A stretch of DNA of 32,173 nucleotides from a virus (taxonomy: Duplodnaviria; Caudoviricetes). The first letter of the stretch is position 1, and each line of letters starts with the position of its first letter. Of the stretch, positions 26,696 through 32,173 are shown piece after piece. The DNA is taken from positions 1 through 32,173 of IMG/VR virus record IMGVR_UViG_3300020044_000763; one strand, given 5' to 3'. A program made the position numbers and the translations under genes. The notes beneath the pieces are model-generated. The model worked only from the letters and a program-made list of their open reading frames with translations, was not told the DNA's origin and made no database searches.

Positions 26696-27189
26696 TTGAT
26701 CCAATGACAGCATTAGCTGGCATACAGTCAGCAATCAGCGTGGTCAAGAAGGCTAGTAAGGTAGCCAATGATTTAGGTTCTCTTGCACCCATGATTGGCA
26801 AGATGTTTGATGCCAAAAGTACCGCTACCAAGGCATTGATTGAGGCTAAGAAGGGTAAGGGTTCCAACATGGGAACTGCCCTACAGATTGAGATGGCCTT
26901 AGAACAAGCCAGAGCATTTGAAGAAGAACTAAAGATGCTCTTTATGACAACAGGCAAGATTGATGTCTGGAACAAGATCAAAGCTCGTCAAGATCAAATG
27001 GACATTGATGATGCCAGAGAACTTAGGGCTTTAGAGAGAGCAGAAAAGAAAGCTAAAGAAAAAGAAGAAGAGATGCAAGAGTTAGCCATCATCATTGGTG
27101 GTGTAGCTTTTGTTTTGTTCTTAGTGTTTATTGGTATTAATGAACTGATGGACTTCTGTGCAACAACTCGCAGATGTAGTGGCAGATGA
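26692..27189 (+). CDS. Membrane-anchored coiled-coil protein
   Basis: MIDPMTALA N-terminus, coiled coil, C-terminal hydrophobic helix LAIIIGGVAFVLFLVFIGI. Confidence 0.75.
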   Translation: MIDPMTALAGIQSAISVVKKASKVANDLGSLAPMIGKMFDAKSTATKALIEAKKGKGSNMGTALQIEMALEQARAFEEELKMLFMTTGKIDVWNKIKARQDQMDIDDARELRALERAEKKAKEKEEEMQELAIIIGGVAFVLFLVFIGINELMDFCATTRRCSGR

Positions 27190-27341
27190 ATGAGTATCAA
27201 AAAACTTTTGATTTAGCACTCAAAATATTTATTTATGGATGTGTAGCTTTGTGGTTTCTTGGGTTTTTAAAGTTTCTTCCTGATGATTTGTCTAACAAAA
27301 TTGTCAATCTTTTACTTGGAAGGGTTGGTCTTGGTAAATGA
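27186..27341 (+). CDS. 51-aa membrane protein (absent from ORF track)
   Basis: MNEYQKTFDLALKIFIYGCVALWFLGFLKFLPDDLSNKIVNLLLGRVGLGK; ATGA overlaps at both ends. Confidence 0.7.
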   Translation: MNEYQKTFDLALKIFIYGCVALWFLGFLKFLPDDLSNKIVNLLLGRVGLGK

Positions 27342-27541
27342 AATACTTACTATTTATTTTATTGTTAACAGGATGCAAAGATGTCTATAGATATCCATGT
27401 CAAAACCCAGATAACTTTGCATTACCAGAGTGTCAAAAACCTAAATGTTTGTTTACACAACAGTGTCCTGAATACTTAGTAGCCCCAATCCTGGAGAAAA
27501 AAGTCAATGAGCAACAATCAGAAACCAAACCTAACAACTGA
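27338..27541 (+). CDS. Small Cys-rich lipoprotein
   Basis: Signal peptide MKYLLFILLL with lipobox LTGC; YRYPCQNP...C..P.C.....CP. Confidence 0.75.
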   Translation: MKYLLFILLLTGCKDVYRYPCQNPDNFALPECQKPKCLFTQQCPEYLVAPILEKKVNEQQSETKPNN

Positions 27542-28025
27542 AGAATTTGAAGTAAGAGTTTGGGGCTTTGTGGTTATGGCAGTCACATTGATTCTTTGCT
27601 TTATTGTTGTTGCTTTGCTTTATTCTGTTACGTTTGTGACGCAACCTATTAAAAGCATGGCTCCAATTGACCAGGCTTACACAAAAATGTTAAATGACAT
27701 TGTGTTGTTAATTGTTGGTGGTATTGGTGGTGTGATGACCAAGAGAGCAGCGGGTGCTGTATCTAGAGCGTTTAATCCTACACCTCCTATGATGCAACCT
27801 ATGTGTCAACCAATGCAACAAGGATTGTATAGTGGCTCATCATACGCACCCCCTCAATCTGCGTATGGTTTACCTAGTCAACCTTTTGGTGCTATGCCCG
27901 TTTGGAAAAACCCTGACTTAGATGAATCTTGGGTTCCACCTCCTCCTCCAAATACACCTCCAGAACATCTAGAAGATGATGAGTCTAGAGAAGAGTTAGC
28001 TAATGCAAGAAAAGAGGTTGACTAA
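27507..28025 (+). CDS. Two-helix membrane protein with Pro-rich tail (holin candidate)
   Basis: Hydrophobic segments VWGFVVMAVTLILCFIVVALLY and IVLLIVGGIGGVM; lies in the lysis cassette. Confidence 0.6.
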   Translation: MSNNQKPNLTTEEFEVRVWGFVVMAVTLILCFIVVALLYSVTFVTQPIKSMAPIDQAYTKMLNDIVLLIVGGIGGVMTKRAAGAVSRAFNPTPPMMQPMCQPMQQGLYSGSSYAPPQSAYGLPSQPFGAMPVWKNPDLDESWVPPPPPNTPPEHLEDDESREELANARKEVD

Positions 28026-28492
28026 TGTTTGGCATACCATTACCTTATTTGTTATTAGCAACATGTATTGCTTTGTTTGGTTCTTATCGAGGTGGTTATC
28101 ACTTTGGTTGGACAGACAGAGACAACGACATGAAATTAGCTATTGCTAAAAAGAATGAAGAAGCTCGTGAACTAGAAAAAAACATGAGTTCTAAACTGTT
28201 AGATCAAGAAACTCAATTAAGAAAGGCACAAGATGAAATTGTTAAAAAGCAGTCTGCTATGCATGAGCTTGCTAGGACTGGTAAGTTGCGCCTCCCAACC
28301 CCCAGTTGTCCACAAACCAGCTCAAGTTCCACCCCTACCCCAGGAGATAACAACTCCTCTCCAACCGAATCTGAGCAATCGCTTATATCAGCTCTTATCG
28401 ACATCGCAGCCGATGGGGATAAAGCCATCGTCAAACTCAACACCTGTGTTGCAGCCTACAACGAAGTAAGGAATCTAATCAATGGTCAATAG
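28025..28492 (+). CDS. rz: Rz-like inner-membrane spanin
   Basis: N-terminal hydrophobic helix, coiled coil, G.LRL motif, C-terminal Cys; contains a nested lipoprotein ORF; next to the endolysin. Confidence 0.82.
   Translation: MFGIPLPYLLLATCIALFGSYRGGYHFGWTDRDNDMKLAIAKKNEEARELEKNMSSKLLDQETQLRKAQDEIVKKQSAMHELARTGKLRLPTPSCPQTSSSSTPTPGDNNSSPTESEQSLISALIDIAADGDKAIVKLNTCVAAYNEVRNLINGQ
28233..28469 (+). CDS. rz1: Rz1-like outer-membrane spanin lipoprotein nested in the +1 frame of Rz
   Basis: MKLLKSSLLCMSLLGLVSC lipobox, Pro-rich mature part; fully embedded in Rz as in lambda Rz/Rz1. Confidence 0.8.
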   Translation: MKLLKSSLLCMSLLGLVSCASQPPVVHKPAQVPPLPQEITTPLQPNLSNRLYQLLSTSQPMGIKPSSNSTPVLQPTTK

Positions 28493-29081
28493 TGAACACT
28501 TACAAAAGATGCACATTGATCCTGTGTGGGTTGATGCTTTGAATGAAACTTTTCAACGTTTTAATATATCTACACCTATTAGACAAGCCTCATTTATTGG
28601 TCAATGTGGTCATGAGTGTGGTCAATTTAAAACTCTTGAAGAAAACCTTAACTACAGAGCTGAAACATTAATGAAGCTCTGGTCTAAAAGGTTTCCAACA
28701 CTAGAAATTGCCAACCAATATGCAAAGAATCCTAAGAAAATTGCCAACATGGTCTACTCTAATCGTATGGGTAATCGTGATGAGGCTAGTGGTGACGGCT
28801 ATCGTTTCCGTGGGCGTGGCTGTATCCAGCTTACAGGACACGCCAACTACTTCCACGCTGGTAAAGCTTGCGGAATGGATTTTGTCATGGAGCCTGATTT
28901 AGTAGCAACTCCTATGTACGCTGCTATGACTGCTGGTTGGTTTTGGAATACTCATAAACTAAACCAATATGCAGACCAACAAGACTACATAACAATGACT
29001 AAAAAGATTAATGGAGGCACAATTGGTTTGGATGACAGAATCAAACACATCAATCATGCCCACACTGTTTTATCTAGTTAA
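28482..29081 (+). CDS. Endolysin, glycoside hydrolase family 19
   Basis: FIGQCGHECG.F..LEENLNY, GDGYRFRGRGCIQLTGH.NY, AGWFW, TKKINGG.IGLDDR. Confidence 0.93.
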   Translation: MVNSEHLQKMHIDPVWVDALNETFQRFNISTPIRQASFIGQCGHECGQFKTLEENLNYRAETLMKLWSKRFPTLEIANQYAKNPKKIANMVYSNRMGNRDEASGDGYRFRGRGCIQLTGHANYFHAGKACGMDFVMEPDLVATPMYAAMTAGWFWNTHKLNQYADQQDYITMTKKINGGTIGLDDRIKHINHAHTVLSS

Positions 29082-29256
29082 CTTTTTTGTATTGTTTAAG
29101 TTGACTGCCAGTTGTTCTTAGTATCCAGCACGACTGACATATCCACTTTTGTCCCAAATCTAAGCCCCCTTCTGGGGGTTTACTTGTTTCACACTTGTAA
29201 CAAAGTTTCAGCTTGTGTACTGGTTGGGGTTTATGACCTAGTGCTATTGCGTACAT
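29074..29256 (-). CDS. Small zinc-ribbon protein
   Basis: CYKC...CQSC; last gene of the - strand operon. Confidence 0.6.
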   Translation of the reverse strand: MYAIALGHKPQPVHKLKLCYKCETSKPPEGGLDLGQKWICQSCWILRTTGSQLKQYKKVN

Positions 29257-29495
29257 GCTTTAGTCTTCTTGGGTTTAGGAATGTTATCAGGAACATTTAC
29301 ACACATCCACACTGATGCAAATTGTCCTCGACCAACTGGCTGCCATCTGTCTATATAAACACCCCACACATTAGGCATAGTTTGTTGCACACTTTTATTA
29401 GGTGCTTGCAACAGTTGTTCTAACTGCTTAATTGTTAATCCATCTTCTGATGCTTGCAACAACTGTCTTATTTTTGTGTGTCTAGATGTTCTCAT
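29244..29495 (-). CDS. Hypothetical protein, possible winged HTH
   Basis: IRQLL..SEDGLT..QL...VYIDRW...VW.CV.VP.N.PKP; ATGA-coupled to the upstream gene. Confidence 0.7.
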   Translation of the reverse strand: MRTSRHTKIRQLLQASEDGLTIKQLEQLLQAPNKSVQQTMPNVWGVYIDRWQPVGRGQFASVWMCVNVPDNIPKPKKTKACTQ

Positions 29496-29713
29496 TGAGA
29501 GTTCCTCTCTTGACTAAACTCATTGATGTAAGCTGTCAAACGCTTGATCCTATCAGCGTGATATTCAACCATGCGGTTAGAATAATTTTGAGCTGTTTGC
29601 ATGTGCAGCAACTCTCGCTTAGCTTCGTTAAGTTCTTTGATTGCCAACTCTTCATGTCCTGGGACCTGAAATATGCTTAGCAATGATCTCCAAATGCTAT
29701 TAGTAACAGTCAT
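29492..29713 (-). CDS. Hypothetical coiled-coil protein
   Basis: ELNEAKRELL...YH..RIKRL; ATGA overlaps at both ends. Confidence 0.7.
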   Translation of the reverse strand: MTVTNSIWRSLLSIFQVPGHEELAIKELNEAKRELLHMQTAQNYSNRMVEYHADRIKRLTAYINEFSQERNSQ

Positions 29714-30018
29714 TTTGTCTCCTTAATAAACGTTCCCTGGGGCGTTAGATAACCTTTGCGGTCTTTTATTTCTTCGTAAGCACCTTTAAGACAATCAGTT
29801 AAGTTGATGTCTAACACTGCACACACCATAATAAGAGTAACAACAATGTCTCCTATTGCGTCTTTAGTTTCATCTAGGTTTCTTTTGTTAAGAGCATCTA
29901 GCAGTTCTGCTGTTTCTTCTAAAGTTTTAATTGCTTGAGAAAGAGCTGTGCCATTTTGAACAATGCCTCTAGCTTCTCCCCATTGAACAACTTTCATTTC
30001 TACATCTGCATAGCTCAT
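29710..30018 (-). CDS. mazG: MazG-like nucleotide pyrophosphohydrolase
   Basis: K..EE..EL...DAIGDIVVTL...AYEEIKDRKG, the all-alpha NTP pyrophosphatase pattern. Confidence 0.85.
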   Translation of the reverse strand: MSYADVEMKVVQWGEARGIVQNGTALSQAIKTLEETAELLDALNKRNLDETKDAIGDIVVTLIMVCAVLDINLTDCLKGAYEEIKDRKGYLTPQGTFIKETK

Positions 30019-30194
30019 TTTTTTAAGTCCCTTATGTAACGTGCAAAACTTGCCATTGTGTCTTTTTCAAATGCTTTAAAGTTGTTTACTTCAAGTGCAA
30101 CTTCTTCTAATGTGGCATTGCGTACAGGACAGTTGCGTCCTTGTTCGCAGTTGTGATTGCAACATTTTGTGTTATCACTTTGAGGTTTGTTCAT
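30015..30194 (-). CDS. Hypothetical protein with CNHNCEQGRNCP motif
   Basis: ATG 30194 with AAGGA RBS preferred over 30239; ATGA-coupled to mazG. Confidence 0.65.
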   Translation of the reverse strand: MNKPQSDNTKCCNHNCEQGRNCPVRNATLEEVALEVNNFKAFEKDTMASFARYIRDLKK

Positions 30195-30354
30195 TTTTAT
30201 TTTCCTTCTTTTGTATTGCGTAATCATACAAATCATCAAGGGCTTCTTCGACAGCTTTTTTCTTTTCTAAGTCTTTACCAAAGATAGCTTCCCATTTATT
30301 AAACCATTCATCTTTAGTTAAGTTTGATGGTCTACGACTACTTCCCTTGCTCAT
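30175..30354 (-). CDS. 59-aa hypothetical protein (absent from ORF track)
   Basis: MSKGSSRRPSNLTKDEWFNKWEAIFGK...; AGGAG RBS; ATGA overlap with the upstream ORF. Confidence 0.7.
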   Translation of the reverse strand: MSKGSSRRPSNLTKDEWFNKWEAIFGKDLEKKKAVEEALDDLYDYAIQKKENKNEQTSK

Positions 30355-30524
30355 ACTTTTACTCCTACCAAATCTGGAAATGCCTTATCAACTAACGCCT
30401 GAATTCTAAGACGAGAAACTGTTCTTTTTTCTGAGTCTTTAATAATTGACTGAACAAACCAACGAGACTTTTTCTTTGTTTGTAGTTTAGCCAAAATACG
30501 TTTGCGATTACTTCTAATGTTCAT
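30351..30524 (-). CDS. 57-aa basic hypothetical protein (absent from ORF track)
   Basis: MNIRSNRKRILAKLQTKKKSRWFVQ...; TAAGGAG RBS; ATGA overlaps at both ends. Confidence 0.65.
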   Translation of the reverse strand: MNIRSNRKRILAKLQTKKKSRWFVQSIIKDSEKRTVSRLRIQALVDKAFPDLVGVKV

Positions 30525-31156
30525 GTGTTCTTCTCCTTAATATCGTAGAACCAATCATCTCCTGCTGACCACTTGCGTGTACCATCAACTGACCACAATC
30601 TCTTTGCAGCTTGGAAATCTGGATATTTTGTTTCTGCAGGGATAAGGCTCTGGTCATACCATAAGCATCTGTTATTAGGTTGTATTGCAAACTGACCATT
30701 GTCTAATGCTATGAAATTAAAACTTTTGTGTTCTTCAGATTGCTCTGTAAAACCTGTGTTTATATCCATACCATCAGCACAAAAGTCAACAGTAAACAAG
30801 TACCTACCAAAGTGAAACTCTTTATCTTTACCTAAGAATTTCACACCCAGGTTACGTAAACCTATCTTCTCAATAATTGTGAACTGATAACCCATACAGT
30901 CCCATAGCTGCAAAACATCAATAGGTAAGTTACCAGTAACATCTGTATGCCAAACATAAGCATGGATAGGTAGCTTGTCATAAAGAGCACCATAAGCAGG
31001 AAGCAGTGATTCAATACGAAACACCTGGCCTCTCAAAGCTTTAAGGCTAACCCACACTGCAGGTTCTAACTCTCCATGACCCTTATGATCGTTGTATAAG
31101 AATTCTCTTTTAACAAAACATTTAATGGGTGGTAATGAAGCAACGATGTAACTCAT
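30521..31156 (-). CDS. Hypothetical phage protein
   Basis: 211 aa; GALYDKLPIHA, LQLWDC, YLFTVD, EHKSFN, QPNNR motifs; coupled to the endonuclease gene. Confidence 0.8.
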   Translation of the reverse strand: MSYIVASLPPIKCFVKREFLYNDHKGHGELEPAVWVSLKALRGQVFRIESLLPAYGALYDKLPIHAYVWHTDVTGNLPIDVLQLWDCMGYQFTIIEKIGLRNLGVKFLGKDKEFHFGRYLFTVDFCADGMDINTGFTEQSEEHKSFNFIALDNGQFAIQPNNRCLWYDQSLIPAETKYPDFQAAKRLWSVDGTRKWSAGDDWFYDIKEKNT

Positions 31157-31554
31157 ATGTGCCTCAATATGTAGTCAGTCCAATGCTGTGTATCTGAGAA
31201 GACACAAGCATCTAACTTGTTTTTAGCTGCCCAGTCTAAGTAAGTAGTCTTGCTTTTTTTAGACAGTCCCTGGTTGCGCTGCAACACATACAGAATTTTT
31301 ATGTACGGATGTTGCTGGCTAATTAACACCGCTTTCTTTCTATCTGCTCCTGTCCATAGACCTTTAGTCTCTATGTAAATGTTCTCAGTAACAGTAAAGT
31401 CAGGCGTGTATGTGTGGTTGCTGGCTGGTATTGTGTACTTGATTTTGTCAATCTCATATGGCAAGTTCCAACCTTTGGCTTCGCAAGCAGCTTGAAATTT
31501 TACTTCCAAACCACTGCGATACCCTGCAGGGTTGTGTCTCTTAGGTCTTGGCAT
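31153..31554 (-). CDS. T7 gp3-like endonuclease I (Holliday junction resolvase)
   Basis: YRSGLE, YTPDF, IYIETKG...DRKK, K.SKTTY.DWA.K. Confidence 0.93.
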   Translation of the reverse strand: MPRPKRHNPAGYRSGLEVKFQAACEAKGWNLPYEIDKIKYTIPASNHTYTPDFTVTENIYIETKGLWTGADRKKAVLISQQHPYIKILYVLQRNQGLSKKSKTTYLDWAAKNKLDACVFSDTQHWTDYILRHI

Positions 31555-31741
31555 TACGACTAGCTCTCACTTGCATAAATGCTTCTGCCCAGTTAAAAGC
31601 AGATTCAACTACTTTTGTAGCAGTAGTTTCTCCATCTCCAATCATTTTTAAAACAGCATCTTTACCTGCAAGTTCTGTAAGTATTGCTATAGCTACATAC
31701 TCTTTCATGCTCATGTGCTGCATGTTGGTGTCTTGTGTCAT
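31541..31741 (-). CDS. Hypothetical protein
   Basis: MSMKEYVA...AF.WAEAFM..R; overlaps both neighbours. Confidence 0.65.
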   Translation of the reverse strand: MTQDTNMQHMSMKEYVAIAILTELAGKDAVLKMIGDGETTATKVVESAFNWAEAFMQVRASRNAKT

Positions 31742-31923
31742 TTTGTTTTTTCCTCTACTTTAACTACTAACATTTTTCCATCTAAAGAACCATACTTATC
31801 TTCTAAAGCTTTGCGATAAATAGTAATTGCTTCAAATGCATCTGCGGCATGAACTATCTTTCGCATATACCCAAAGTTTTCTATCCAATATGAGATTTCA
31901 TAATCAGTACTAACGGGTTTCAT
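31738..31923 (-). CDS. Hypothetical protein
   Basis: 61 aa; TAATG-coupled to the exonuclease, ATGA-coupled downstream. Confidence 0.6.
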   Translation of the reverse strand: MKPVSTDYEISYWIENFGYMRKIVHAADAFEAITIYRKALEDKYGSLDGKMLVVKVEEKTK

Positions 31924-32173
31924 TATTGTTCCTGTTGTTGTGTTGCTTCCTTGCCTTGGGGCGAGTCAGTTGTTGTTGTTGTTGCCACCTGCGGTGGTTG
32001 CCAACTGTCGTTGGGCTTCTGCCATATGTATAGCAGTTGCAGGTTTAAATGATAGCGTTCATCATCGTTATAGAGTTCACGGCACTTCTCGTACCACTCT
32101 TCTTCAGTTACAAGGTCTGCTAGAGCCTTACCTGCTTTTACTGGTCCAATGCCAGCTACCCCGATAATGTTGT
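31923..32173 (-). CDS. 5'-3' exonuclease (T7 gp6 / FEN-like), C-terminal part truncated by the window edge
   Basis: Minus strand reads (D)NIIGVAGIGPVKAGKAL...NLQLLYIWQKPNDSWQPP, the H3TH motif of 5' nucleases; TAA at 31925-31923. Confidence 0.88.
   Translation of the reverse strand, partial: NIIGVAGIGPVKAGKALADLVTEEEWYEKCRELYNDDERYHLNLQLLYIWQKPNDSWQPPQVATTTTTDSPQGKEATQQQEQ

Noticed and set aside
30514-30699. 61-aa alternative-frame ORF inside the 211-aa gene
   Set aside because: Almost fully overlaps a better-supported gene, with no RBS or motif support.
31968-31984. (GTT)n microsatellite as a possible phase-variation tract
   Set aside because: A short in-frame triplet run encoding Thr residues in the low-complexity exonuclease tail; slippage would not shift the frame.
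31940-32167. 75-aa plus-strand ORF
   Set aside because: It is the shadow of the minus-strand exonuclease C-terminus, which has a clear H3TH motif.
1-32173. CRISPR array, tRNA genes, introns or inteins, stop-codon reassignment
   Set aside because: No spaced direct repeats or cloverleaf in the few short intergenic gaps; terL, portal and capsid genes are uninterrupted and of normal size; genes tile densely under the standard code.

Overview
The window is a 32 kb segment of a tailed dsDNA phage genome with podovirus-like gene content. Spanin genes point to a Gram-negative host; the gene set resembles uncultured freshwater phages (inference). The + strand (about 17-29081) is a complete late operon: small basic protein, terminase small and large subunits, portal, GroES co-chaperonin, scaffold, capsid proteins (gpT-like major capsid), a block of adaptor, fibre and tailspike genes, a Dps/ferritin-like gene, P22 gp4/gp10-like tail proteins, a cupin, three ejection proteins, and an enlarged lysis cassette (small membrane and lipoprotein genes, Rz with nested Rz1, GH19 endolysin). 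The - strand (29074-32173) is the end of a convergent DNA-metabolism operon: 5'-3' exonuclease C-terminus, T7-type endonuclease I, MazG-like pyrophosphatase and small ORFs. The most unusual signals are a domain inserted inside a copy of itself in the tailspike (with a second nested insertion in the nozzle), a candidate peptide-tag docking system for several receptor-binding proteins bracketed by a paralogous adaptor pair, an RNA element with mutually exclusive folds over a ribosome-binding site downstream of the capsid gene, candidate effector domains in the 1582-aa ejection protein, and five coupled membrane genes ahead of the spanins. I found no tRNA, CRISPR array, integrase or reverse transcriptase. 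All family calls are from motif recognition by eye, not database searches.
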